Shown: positions 25,036 through 36,618, counted from the whole stretch's first letter. The stretch: DNA of 62,099 nucleotides, filler included, from Squatina squatina (GCA_031763465.1; 4 parts of 4 records of this genome joined end to end with filler, not necessarily neighbours in it), one strand, 5' to 3'. Notes: generated by a model from the sequence alone, not told the origin. Numbers and translations are program-made.

Positions 25036-25709
25036 GAAGAGTTTATCGTGCAACAAATTAAACAATTTGCAGACAATATATATTCGATACATGATATAAG
25101 CAAGCTAATAAGCTAAGCATTCCTAAAATCAGCACTGTTGTATATGACGTAACATAAAGCTACCAGATAAGATCAGATTCTGTGAGTAATGCAAGCTAGA
25201 GTAATGTTCCTTTTGAGCATCCTCATTCATACTTCAGTTTCATATTTTGTTCTGTCTCCATCCATAGAATATATTCTTGCTAATGGCTTAATCTGATCTC
25301 CTGCAAAGCCTTCTTGTCCTTTCTTTTTGCTATTTTCGAAGGAGTGTTATGTCTGTGAACCCGGAGAGCCTATTAATATAGTTTCCCTTATGCTATGGCC
25401 TCCTGGTCTCGATCAGTCAATATCCTCATTTTATTATGGAATATAGGAGACTTGCTTTGCTCCCTGGAGGTATCCAATCCCAATACAATTTAGTGGTTTG
25501 CTTTTTTAAAGCGGCTTATCATTGATTTTGTGTCCTGATACCCCACACGACTAAACATTCTGACGACTGGTAGGAGATCTAAATACTGAATGACTGAAAT
25601 TTAGCTCAGNNNNNNNNNNNNNNNNNNNNNNNNNNNNNNNNNNNNNNNNNNNNNNNNNNNNNNNNNNNNNNNNNNNNNNNNNNNNNNNNNNNNNNNNNNN
25701 NNNNNNNNN

Positions 25710-25880
25710 ATTAAAGGCATCAAGGGATATGGGGATACTCCTGCTCCTACTTCTTATGGTCTTATGGTCTTATAGTGCAGGAAAATGGCGTGGAGATAGA
25801 AGATCAGCCATGACCTTGTTGAATGGCGGAGCAGCTTCGAGGGGCTGAATAGCTCCTATTTCTTATGTTCTTATGTTCTT
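25710..25880 (+). mobile_element. CR1 LINE 3' terminus containing a second nested CR1 tail
   Basis: ATCAAGGGATATGGGGAT[ACTCCTGCTCCTACTTCTTATGGTCTTATGGTCTTAT]AGTGCAGGAAAATGG...GAAGATCAGCCATGACC...TTCTTATGTTCTTATG. Confidence 0.78.
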
Positions 25881-27873
25881 CATCCCACTTAAAATTGGTG
25901 AATAAGGTACACTAATTTAAAGCAAGGAATTCATCGCGACGTTTTGACAAATTTATTTTGACAAATCAGTAAGTTAATCTAATAAGTTGTCTTTATTTTC
26001 TTTCTTCCACAAAACTGTAACATTTTCCAATAAAAGCCTCCAATTACATTTAAATGGCCATTTACTTCAGGCGTTTGTGTGTGCTCTTACCTTCAAAAGT
26101 AGCAAAGAGCTTGCGTCACAAGTCAAATATGCTAAATCCTTTGATTAATGGAAGACAGAATGGTACTCAAAATTGGAATAAATCATTTAACTTGCAGGAT
26201 TTTCATGCAGTGGTGCAGACAGAAATAATTTACAAACCAAAGCTGTAATAGCATGTCTCCAGGGAAAGATATCAGACAAGAAAAAAAAATTAATAAAAAA
26301 GACTTGAGATAGCTGGCAGCTCCATTAACTAACAGCTGTCTCTTATAAATCTACTTCAAATTCAAAAAGGCTGGTGCACTGGCCTAAGAGCAAAATATTG
26401 TAATTAACTTTATTCATCACTNNNNNNNNNNNNNNNNNNNNNNNNNNNNNNNNNNNNNNNNNNNNNNNNNNNNNNNNNNNNNNNNNNNNNNNNNNNTCAC
26501 AGATCAAAGTCACCACTCTCATTCATAATGCTCATCAGGACACTCACTCAGTATTATTTCAATATTTAGCCTGACGTTAACTGATCAATGACTAAAATCC
26601 TAGTTTATGTTTTAGTTGTCGACAAAAAAAAAATTGGCAGCAGTCTCTACTGATTTACTTCCTCTTGAAATCTGCTGAGTAGAGTACTTAGTCCGCAGAA
26701 CCATTGAAGATTGATGAATCAACATGAGCCAGGCCTGGGAGATTTGACAGAAAGTGGGATAGTTCCCTGTCAGATGATCAGACTGTCTCCTGAAATGCAA
26801 ATCATGCAGGACTCGCGTCATTTCGGAACATCTTTGCAGGAGAAGAGTTTTTACAAAACATCCACTTGCTGGGAGAGAAGGAGTCAGTGCAGATCTCGGT
26901 GTCATGGATTGCCAAGTACGTGAAAGCCTCTAATGTGAATCTATTGATTTCTATGCGAGAAGGATTCACTGCAAGGAAGAGAACCAAATTGGATAAATGG
27001 AGCTTTGCACCTGTTAAAACTGAAATATTGAAGTGCTTTCTTTGAATACGTCCTTGCAGAAAGGAAGAATGGGGCAGAGGGAAAAGACTGGAATTAGTTA
27101 GCGGGGTGGGTGCAGAAAATTCACCAAGTGANNNNNNNNNNNNNNNNNNNNNNNNNNNNNNNNNNNNNNNNNNNNNNNNNNNNNNNNNNNNNNNNNNNNN
27201 NNNNNNNNNNNNNNNNNNNNNNNNNNNNNNNCCTCTCCAGTTAAAAATCAGATAGAAAGTAGAATTTCCCCCATTTGCTACTGGACAGAACTCTGCTTTC
27301 CTCACAGTATTCACCAATCCCGGCAGTAGCTGAGCAATGTTGATGTTGATCCTTGATCCCGTGGTATTTTCTACCATTCTTTCATATGAGGAGTATAATT
27401 GATGGAAGTTTCAGGAAAATTTGACCGCTGCTCATTTCAGTTAAGTGCATTTTCCTGTGAAGGGCCAACAATCTCATGGCTACAGCAAGCATTACGTCGA
27501 TGTTACAATATTGGTTAAAATAAAGCTTTGGTCACAGCTAAGCCTATGTTTCTCTTTTTGTAACCTCACTTACCATTGCAAAACATAAGCTTACTGTTAT
27601 CCTCTTCCTAATCAGGGAAGAAAGATAGAAATGACAGTTTAAACAAATTCTTCACTTTCTTTTCATGAGTGAAATTTATGCTTATTGGTGCATGCAAGCT
27701 ATTTACATCTTCCTTCCGCATGGTGAAAAGACCTACTCAGGACAGCTTGTGATGCTATCATTCAGTTACTCTTACATGCCTATCAATTAAAAGCTAAATA
27801 TTGCTTAGTTTTGCCATCAATATGAAGGAATCTTGTCCTGACCTTCGCCATCGGTTATGTACGTAGCGTGGAA

Positions 27874-28108
27874 CTAGCTGATGATCTCATCCCAGATTTT
27901 CCAGTTTGCATGTGGATTGGGTGCAGCAGAACTTTGCTTTTTCTGGCCAGTACCTCTTCCACCACTGCACTGGCAAAAGAAGTCTTTCTGGTTCATTCTT
28001 GCGTTCTGCCTCTGACGTCTCCATTCAACAAATCTATATTTAAAATGGTGAAATCTTTGCTTCTGATAGGGATCCAGAGATTCATTTCCTCTTGACCAAG
28101 GTACCAAT
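27874..28108 (-). CDS. Candidate second/terminal exon of an unidentified small ORF
   Basis: Acceptor tcatag| with CTAAT branch motif at 28134-28138. Phase-2 entry matches the upstream donor, and the frame is open for 77 further codons to TAG at 27874-27876. No recognised homology. Confidence 0.3.
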
Positions 28109-28325
28109 CTATGATATGGACTGCTGTGATATGATTAGTTTAAATGTTGGAGGCAGACCAGGACTGGTGAGAGGAAACTTTACTACATATGACTGATATA
28201 TTGGTTTGCCTTTTGTTAACAGCAGGAAATAGTTATACAGTTCGAGTACTTTCAACAAGCAATTAATCAATAGTTAATGCCCAACATTGTCAGGTATAAT
28301 TTTGCCTTCATTATACTCTTCTTAC

Positions 28326-28417
28326 CCCATGGTTACCTCTTTTTCAAAGTTTGGTGATTCTGCTTTACAATTCAGTTCATCGTTTTTATCTGTTCTTGTT
28401 GAGTGTATTGCAGCCAT
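28326..28417 (-). CDS. Candidate first coding exon of an unidentified small ORF
   Basis: Exon 28457-28326 is bounded by cccttcag| and GG|gtaaga. ATG at 28417 is in acaATGG context and encodes MAAIHSTRTDKNDELNCKAESPNFEKEVTM-G. Confidence 0.3.
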
Positions 28418-28705
28418 TGTTATATTTACTTTTAGCAATTATTCTGCTCATACTTTCCTGAAGGGCATATTTTGTCTTTTATTTGATCATATACAAAACA
28501 CTTTCTTTGTAAGATCCTGGATACATCCTCTGAATTCACATTAGGATCTAAGAGTGCACAATTCAGCTCTGTTTTCACTTTGTTAGTGCCTCAAAGGGGT
28601 GCTAANNNNNNNNNNNNNNNNNNNNNNNNNNNNNNNNNNNNNNNNNNNNNNNNNNNNNNNNNNNNNNNNNNNNNNNNNNNNNNNNNNNNNNNNNNNNNNN
28701 NNNNN

Positions 28706-28965
28706 GAGAAAGTGGTGATGAGCCACCTTCTTGAACCACTGCAGTCCTTGTGGTAACTTTTTGTAGTGGTTGTTTATAACTGAGTGTCTTGCTCAGCCAT
28801 TTCAGAGGGTGGATAAGAGTCTACCACATTACTGTGGGTCTGGAGCCACATATAGGCCAGACTGGGTAAGGATGACAGATTCCCTTCCCTAAAGGACATT
28901 AGTGAACCAGATGGGTTTTTATGACAATCCGATAGTTTCATGGTCACCATCACTGACACTAGCTT
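28706..28965 (-). mobile_element. Elasmobranch-type interspersed retroposon fragment (SINE/LINE 3' related)
   Basis: Reverse complement reads GATGGTGACCATGAAACTATCGGATTGTCATAAAAACCCATCTGGTTCACTAATGTCCTTTAGGGAAGG...GTGGCTCCAGACCCACAG, a repeat I recall as abundant in shark DNA. Exact family uncertain. Confidence 0.6.
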
Positions 28966-30252
28966 TGCCACGTTTGTTTGATGTGTGAATCGCCTCACAA
29001 ATGGTGGGAGTTGACAAGTTTTGGGAATACCTGAGTTTTGAACCTTCAAAACCAAATTCCAAAGCAAGTGCCAACTGTTTTCTCACCAATATTGAATTTG
29101 TTGCACAAGCATCGGACGCAGAAGGAAGACAGATTCCTTTGAGAACAATGGTGAAATTAGCATATCTAAATTGAAAAGACAAGCTCTGCGAAGAGAGATG
29201 TAACACTTACATAATAGAGTTGGTAGCTAAAATCTCAGAAAGAGGATTTGGAATACTTTATTATGTGTGAATAAATTAAACCATATTGATTTTTTTCCCA
29301 TCATCCAACATAATTCCAGGGCTCATCGGTTGTTTGAAACAACAATAGAAGTCTGACAACAATTGTACATATGTAAAAGGGATATGAATAACTTTTCATG
29401 TCTACATTTATATTCTGACAGGCCTTTTCTATTTGCACACTTTATCTCTTCATGTCATATATTTTCTTTGTAATGGATCTCATTGTTCTCTTAACGATGC
29501 TTTGGTAAATCACAGTTTGAAAATTAACAAATATCTCTGTGAAGAAAATAATTCAAAACTAGCTCAGTTAGCAGTACAACATGAAAATTCAAATCACTTT
29601 TCTACAATAATATTTTTAAAATCTGAAAACATGGGAAAACTGGCCTGATCACAATATATCTTAAATTTCAATTCATTTTCCAACATAACTGTCCAATGCA
29701 AAAAGAAGTACTGCATAAAGAAATATGTGGTGGCTTTAGAAAGATAATGAGGGCAGCAAACTGCCCCACTGGGATTAGGTATTTTCACAATACAGCAGTA
29801 AGCATATTCATTGACTGCCCGTGTGGGAATGCTACAAATTCTGACAAGCAGCAATTTAACTTGTTATTGGAAGCAACTGAAGATCCCAAATCAGATGTTA
29901 GTTGGAATCATTGAAATTGCGCACCTCAATGAGCAAAATGAGGCACTTTAAGAATGCTAATGTACTCTAACTAATGCTAATGATTATGGCCCCATATACC
30001 AATCGTGGAAAAGTTCAGAAATAATTGAGGCAAAGAATAAACTCTAAAAGGTTGCCACATTTTACAGAAGCGGAACTACTTTTCTCTAACAAGCTCTGAA
30101 ATTTAAAGATTATTTATGTGACATAATATTAGCATTGCCAACCGCAGAAGGTTAAGCAAGTCCATGGACTGTACTATCTAAAAATGCCAAAAAAAAAAAG
30201 TTTTAAAATTCACAATCAGGTACCCTAACTTGGAGCTTACAGATTTTGGCCC

Positions 30253-30352
30253 NNNNNNNNNNNNNNNNNNNNNNNNNNNNNNNNNNNNNNNNNNNNTTAA
30301 TTAATTAANNNNNNNNNNNNNNNNNNNNNNNNNNNNNNNNNNNNNNNNNNNN
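30253..30352. other. Artificial scaffold spacer (44N + TTAATTAATTAA + 44N)
   Basis: TTAATTAATTAA at 30297-30308 between two 44-N runs. Confidence 0.97.
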
Positions 30353-30941
30353 GGGCGATACACAGACACAGAAAGAGACACACACACACAGTGTTACACT
30401 GATATAGAAACAGACACACACACACACACAGTGCAATACACAGACATAGAAACAGGCACACACACACAGGGTGATACACAGGCACAGAAACATACACACA
30501 CAGGGTGATACACAGACACAGAAACAGACAGACACACACACAGAGTGTTACACAGATGCAGAAACAGACACACAGAATGATACACAGACAGACACACACA
30601 CACAGAGTCGTACACAATCACAGAAACAGACACACACATAGAGAGTGATACAATAACGCAGAAACAGACCCGCAGACAGTGATAAACAGACACAGAAACT
30701 GACACACACACAGAGTGATACACAAACACAGAAACAGACCCACACACAGGGTGATGCACAGACACAGAAACAGACACACACACACAGAGTGATACACTAA
30801 CACAGAAACATACACAGACAGGGTGATACACAGACACACACACACAGAGTGATACGCAGACACAGAAATAGACACACACACAGGGTGATACACAGACAAA
30901 GAAACAGACACACACACAGGGTGATACACAGACACAAAAAC
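30353..30941. repeat. CA-rich compound micro/minisatellite (about 36-42 bp unit GTGATACACAGACACAGAAACAGACACACACA(CA)nGA/GG)
   Basis: Recurring GTGATACACAGACACAGAAACAGAC followed by variable (CA)n runs. Confidence 0.92.
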
Positions 30942-31057
30942 NNNNNNNNNNNNNNNNNNNNNNNNNNNNNNNNNNNNNNNNNNNNNNNNNNNNNNNNNNN
31001 NNNNNNNNNNNNNNNNNNNNNNNNNNNNNNNNNNNNNNNNNTTTTTCTATGTTTCTA

Positions 31058-31358
31058 TGGTACAGTACTGGTGGGTACAGGTCTGTCACTAACACTGGGG
31101 TACAGTACTGGTCGGCACAGGTCTGTCACTGTAATACTGGGGTGCAGTACTGCTGGGTACAGGTCTGTCAGTGTACAACACTGCGGTACAGTACTGGTGG
31201 GTACAGGTCTCTCTCTAACACTGGTACAGTACTGGTGGGTACAGTGCTGTCAGTGTATAACACTGGGTTACAGTACTAGTGGGTACAGGTCTGTCAGTCA
31301 CTAACTGGGGTACAGAACTGTTGGGGACAGGTCTGTCACTAACACTGGGGTACAGGTT
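31058..31358. repeat. About 40-bp minisatellite (TACAGTACTGGTGGGTACAGGTCTGTCACTAACACTGGGG), about 7 copies
   Basis: Directly visible imperfect tandem copies. Preceded by a CR1 tail (TTTCTATGTTTCTATG). Confidence 0.9.
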
Positions 31359-31656
31359 TAACGGGGTGAATTGTCACACTGCGAAAGGTTGTTAATTTTC
31401 ACTGGTGTGATGAACATCAGTGATTTTGTTTCGCTCTGTATCCTCTTTGACGGTGAGTTTTCGGTGGATTGTTGGTCCTGTTATCTGGCTTGACTTGCTT
31501 TTGTGCAGTGCTGCGGGCTACTGGGTGTGTTGATGTTTCTGTGTGCGCTGGCGCGCTCCATGTTTTATTGTCCGTTGTTTCTCTCTCTCCACCCTCCCCA
31601 CGTGTACCTCCACCCGGGTGTCTCCACTGCTAACCGTTGACCGTTCCTACTCTCAG

Positions 31657-31760
31657 GTGGCTCCAGTGGCTCCTCAAGTGAGAACCGGAACCAGCGGTAC
31701 ACCAACAGATACTTCAACAGCACCGAGGCGCACACAGACTATGAAATGCACAGTCCACAG
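31657..31760 (+). CDS. Candidate exon of an unidentified gene
   Basis: Canonical acceptor: CTAAC branch at 31630-31634, then ttcctactctcag|G. Possible donor CAG|gtacgg at 31761. Phase-1 reading xGSSGSSSENRNQRYTNRYFNSTEAHTDYEMHSPQ. Frame and identity not established. Confidence 0.4.
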
Positions 31761-33129
31761 GTACGGAGTCTCCGAACCTCTCCATCAGTGCATGGCGAGG
31801 GAGAGGGCTGGCAGGCAGCTGGACGCTGGCAAATGGTCCGTTTATATAAAAAAAAAAACTCCTGGTCCTCGTGCAACGCAGAGATGACCCACCGGCAATC
31901 TCCCGGATCCCCTGGAATCGGAGTGGAAAGGTCTGCAGTACGAAGTCGGATTCATTGCTTCTGGAAGCTCCAGCCCTCCCTCCTCCTCCCGCAGTCGCCA
32001 TCTGTGTTCCTTGATTCCGTTCGATGGTGCTCACTGGCGCGTTGACCAGCAGGAAGAGTCACAAATGGCTGAGAACATGTCACTCGGGGAGCGACACTGA
32101 TCAGTGAATGTCCATATTTTCATCTTGCGGAAGATCTTTGCTTGTAAATGCAGTGATGCTGAAGTGCGTGTGTGAGAGGTGGTTTCTGCTTGTGTGTTTG
32201 TCCTCTTCCGCCCGACCTTTGTCTGTGTGTGTATGTCATCCGTCTTTCTGTCTGTCCTTCCATCCGTGAGCCCGTCTGTCTGCATCATATTTTCCTTTTG
32301 TTGTGGCTCTTGGACTGCAGGAGGCGGATTAGTTGCTGACCAAGTCCGCGGNNNNNNNNNNNNNNNNNNNNNNNNNNNNNNNNNNNNNNNNNNNNNNNNN
32401 NNNNNNNNNNNNNNNNNNNNNNNNNNNNNNNNNNNNNNNNNNNNNNNNNNNGATCCTTTAATCATCTTAAGCACCTTAATCAGATCCCCTTTAATCTTCT
32501 ATGGTTGGGTGGCTCTGCTCACTGTCCCAGAGGAGCTTTGTGTGACTTTGTCACTGGCCCTCTTTCAGTGTTGCCCCTTTATCCTGGGCCAGGGCACAGG
32601 AGTTGGCGTGACATCCTGAAGTTCCGCAACGAAACATAATTTTAGATTTCGATTCTTAACCCTTGGCTTGTGGCTTCTTCCAGTGATGTCATTTTCAATA
32701 ACAAATGTAGCCAGAAATATGCGTCTTCACCTCAGGCTAAAAACACAACACACTGGAGTCCCGTTGGAACACTGGCATCGACAGGCCAGCTTTCTGCTCC
32801 GGACGATTTAACAAATCTCATTCTTTTCGAAGCGTTTACCCAGTTAACCCCTGCCCTTCATTACTCGAGTTCCTCCTACTGCCCTTACTGCTGCTTCTAC
32901 TTTCTGTTCGTTTTCCTTGTCTTTACCCTTCCGTGTATTCCTTGTCAAGTATTTTTTTTTAAATTCCCTCTCCAATTTTCTCTCCTCCTGAAAACATGAG
33001 CTCCCTCACTGGATACTGCAATGGTCAACGTGCCCAAGTGGCTGTTGGTCGCAGTTGAGCAGTGATTGTTCGGCTGTGGAGGGCAGCGAATATTGGAAGG
33101 CCACCAGCTGTGGTGTGTAATCAATGTTA

Positions 33130-33260
33130 GCTAGCCGTCCAGCTGTGAAGGACAGTGAATGTCTGCAGGCTGGCCAGATGTGGATGACATCGCAGTTGAT
33201 CTGATTCGATCCTTACCCAGCACCCACACACATACCGTCAATAAGAATCGCTGTAGAGGA
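33130..33260 (-). mobile_element. Diverged SINE fragment (same family as 45825-46200)
   Basis: GACAGTGAATGTCTGCAGGCT...GACATCGCAGTTGATCTGATTCGATCCTTACCC is the reverse complement of the ...GAGAACAGGATCAGTTCAGCTGTG...AGCCTGCTGACATTCACTGT block seen at 50110-50185. Confidence 0.55.
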
Positions 33261-33499
33261 ATCAGGAGGAGAGACTCTGCCGGAGGTGCCCCCTTGGTAA
33301 CACAGAGATGACCACAAACTATCAATATCTTTCAAGGCAATCACACATATTTTACGTATCTTAAATAATAATCAATATATTACAGAAGGATAGATGCCTT
33401 GTGTACATTAGAGTGATGAATGTGCTGTGTATAATACAAAATAATCGGTTCCCTGTGTGTATGAGTTATTGATGGTCTGTGTATATCAGTGTGATTAAC

Positions 33500-34791
33500 A
33501 CCCTGTGAGTATTACAGAGTAACTGACCCCCTGTGTATAAAACAGAGTAACTGACGCCCTGGGTATATTCGAGTTACTGACCCCCTGTGTATATAACAGA
33601 GTAACTGCCCCCCTGGGTATATTAGAGTAACTGAACCCCTGTGTATATAACAGAGTAACTGACCCACTGGGTATATTAGAATAACTGACCCCCTGTGTAT
33701 ATAACAGAGTAACTGACCCCCTGGGTATATTAGAGCAACTGACCCCCTGGATATGTTACAGAGTTACTGTCCCCTGTGTATATTGCAGAGTAAATGACCA
33801 CTGTTGTATATTACAGAGTAACTGACCCCCAGTGTATATTACAGTGTAACTGACCCCCTGGGTATATTAGAGTAACTGACCCCCTGTGTATATTACAGGG
33901 TAACTGACCCCCTGGGTATATTAGAGTAACTGACCCCCTGTATATATTACAGGGTAACTGACCCCCTGGGTATATTAGAGTAACTGACCCCCTGTGTATA
34001 TTGCAGAGTAACTGACCCCTGTTGTATATTACAGGGTAACCTATCCCCTGGGTATATTACAGAGTAACTGACCCCCTGTGTATATTACAGAGTAACTGAC
34101 CCACTGGGTATATTACAGAGTAACTGTCCACCAATGTATATTAGAGTAACTGATCCCCTGGGTATATTACAGGGTAACTGATCCCCTGCGTATATTACAG
34201 AGTAACCGAACCCCTGGGTATATTAGAGTAACTGACCCCCTGTGTATATTACAGAGTAACTGACCCCCTGCGTAAATTGCAGAGTAATTGACCCCTGTTG
34301 TATATTACAGGGTAACTGATCCCCTGGGTATATTACAGAGTAACTGTACCCCTGTGCATATAACAGAGTAACTGACCCCCTGTGTATATTAGAGTAACTG
34401 TCCCCCTGTGTATATAACAGAGTAACTGACCCCTGGGTCTATTAGAGTAACTGACCCCCTGAGTATATTACAGAGTAACTGACCCGCTGGGTATATAACA
34501 GAGTAACTGACCCCCTGTGTATATTAGAGTAACTGACCCCCTGTGTATATTGCAGAGTAACTGACCCCCTGTGTATATTAGAGTAACTGACCCCCTGTGT
34601 ATATTGCAGAGTAACTGACCCCCTGTGTATATTAGAGTAACTGACCCCCTGTGTATATTGCAGAGTAACTGACCCCCTGTGTATATTAGAGTAACTGACC
34701 CCCTGTGTATATTGCAGAGTAACTGACCCCCTGTGTATATTAGAGTAACTGACCCCCTGTGTATATTGCAGAGTAACTGACCCCCTGTGTA
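33500..34791. repeat. 26/28-bp minisatellite ((CA)GAGTAACTGACCCCCTGTGTATATTA) running into a gap
   Basis: More than 40 tandem copies. Strict 26+28 = 54-bp alternation from about 34500. Confidence 0.97.
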
Positions 34792-34891
34792 NNNNNNNNN
34801 NNNNNNNNNNNNNNNNNNNNNNNNNNNNNNNNNNNNNNNNNNNNNNNNNNNNNNNNNNNNNNNNNNNNNNNNNNNNNNNNNNNNNNNNNNN

Positions 34892-35018
34892 TGACCAAGC
34901 CTTTGGTCGCCCGTTCCCAATATCTCCTGTGGCTCGCTGTCGAATTGTGTTTCATATTGTTCCGTGGGACGTTTTGCTACGTTAACGGCGCTGTATCATT
35001 GCAAGGTGCTGTCGTCGA
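34892..35018 (+). mobile_element. Probable L2-type LINE 3' terminus
   Basis: TGACCAAGCCTTTGGTCGCC...AATATCTCCTGTGGCTCG...TGGGACGTTTTGCTACGTTAACGGCGCTGTATCATTGCAAG; the tail resembles that of the Deu-SINEs in this window. Confidence 0.55.
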
Positions 35019-35359
35019 GTACCTCCCGTCAGTTCTGTTCCTTGTTTCACAATGACACAACGTCCTATTGGTAACCGTGTACGATCAGGAGACGCGCTCT
35101 CTCCCTGAACAGAGCAAATTAAACATTGGGCTGCCGGCGTGCACCTCTGAAACGCTGAACATCTTTATTAAGGAAACCATTTCTTAAATAAAAAAAGTGC
35201 ATAGAAAATAACGTGTTTTAGAAATATCTATACAGATATGTACAACTTTTTTACACGAAGTATCTTGCAAGGTTTTCTTTTTCCTTTTTCTCCACCCCTC
35301 CGCCCAAACCCATCGATTCTAGAAAACGAGAGGGAAGCTCAAAATAAAAATTACAAAAA

Positions 35360-35925
35360 CTACCGAGCGGGAAAGACTCCTTCATGATCCCCCCGGGGCG
35401 GGTGAGGGTGGAATGATTCCGGCTGAATTTTCTTCAGGGTGGGAACGTGGAACTGATTGGGGAGCGAGCGAGCGATCGACAACGACACGCGCCTGAGTTG
35501 CGATGAGGAGTGAAGAGTGGCCGGAACTGCGGCCACACACACACGCGCACGCGCCTGCGCACAATTGCCCCGCAATGGCGTCACCTCCGGCCGGTTGACG
35601 TCACAATGGAGGTGGGGTCGGGTGAGGCCACAACAGAGCTGGGCGGGGCGGGGGCGGGACCGGGTGACGCTCCAAAGCAGATGGGCGGGGCCCGGAGACG
35701 CCACAAAGGAGATGGGCGGGGCTAGGCTGGGTGACGCCTCAATGGTGATGAGATGGGCGGGGCCGGGTGACGCCGCTTCCGGCAAGATGGTGGCGCCCAG
35801 AAGCTGAACAACAGCCCGGCGCTGGAAGCATCTGGAAAGGCCGAGAAGCTTCCTGCGTGGGCGGCACGGCGGCTTCACGAGGCAGCGAGAAGGGGGGAAA
35901 GCGGTCCCGGGGCAGCGGGTGAGAG
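35360..35925. promoter_or_regulatory. CpG-island housekeeping-type promoter, probably with a + strand first exon and possibly bidirectional
   Basis: High GC and CpG density. NRF1-like GCGCCTGCGCA at 35551-35561, perfect CRE TGACGTCA at 35596-35603, at least 4 GGGCGGGGC boxes, ETS core CTTCCGG at 35776-35782 and YY1/TISU-like CAAGATGGTGGCG at 35783-35795. Donor CGG|gtgaga at 35919. Confidence 0.8.
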
Positions 35926-36618
35926 ACTGGGAAGGGTTTTATATAAATATATTTATCTCTCCTTTTCTCCTTAGACAGTCCCTCGGGGGTCGAGGATGAC
36001 TTGCTTCCACTCCGGAGTTGTGGGTTCTGAGGTGACTAAATAGTCCTATACTNNNNNNNNNNNNNNNNNNNNNNNNNNNNNNNNNNNNNNNNNNNNNNNN
36101 NNNNNNNNNNNNNNNNNNNNNNNNNNNNNNNNNNNNNNNNNNNNNNNNNNNNGTGAAAGGCGCTATAGAAATGCAAGTCTTTCTTTAATTATAGGAAAGC
36201 ATTGGGTAAACTTGTCAATGTACCAGTACAGTAATCGGAGACACTGTGTCATAACACTCACTCTCTTAGGCCTGCTACTGAAACCTGCTCCTGGCAGATA
36301 ATGAGAATTTCAGCTTGCTGAATCATTACTGGACATACAGACATCTGCTCCTGATGTGGCCACAAGGCATTAAATTGGGATTAGCAGGAGGTAGCAGAGA
36401 TTCAGGAACAATTTTCCAGTTTAAGATGCCCTTTCTCAGCACTAGAATTCTCTCTGCTGACTGTCTTCTTTCATGTTCGTGAGGTTCTTTCAAGGGTTGA
36501 ATTGTACTGTGCGATATTAGTACAAACTGTTCGCAAGTTGGCCTGAGATTCCTTTGTTACCATGTAAACACAGGCATTTGTTTTCTTTTTTGCTTTCATT
36601 TGAAATTTCTAATTATAT

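Noticed and set aside
26700-26920. Coding-looking segment with ORFs on both strands
   Set aside because: No recognisable motif and no consistent acceptor/donor/frame combination.
30297-31304. Cys/Val-rich and His/Arg-rich ORFs
   Set aside because: They are translations of CA/GT-rich tandem repeats.
35360-35878. 172-aa and other GC-rich ORFs over the CpG island
   Set aside because: Stop-poor GC-rich promoter DNA; the Pro/Ala/Arg-rich translations reflect the repeated promoter modules.
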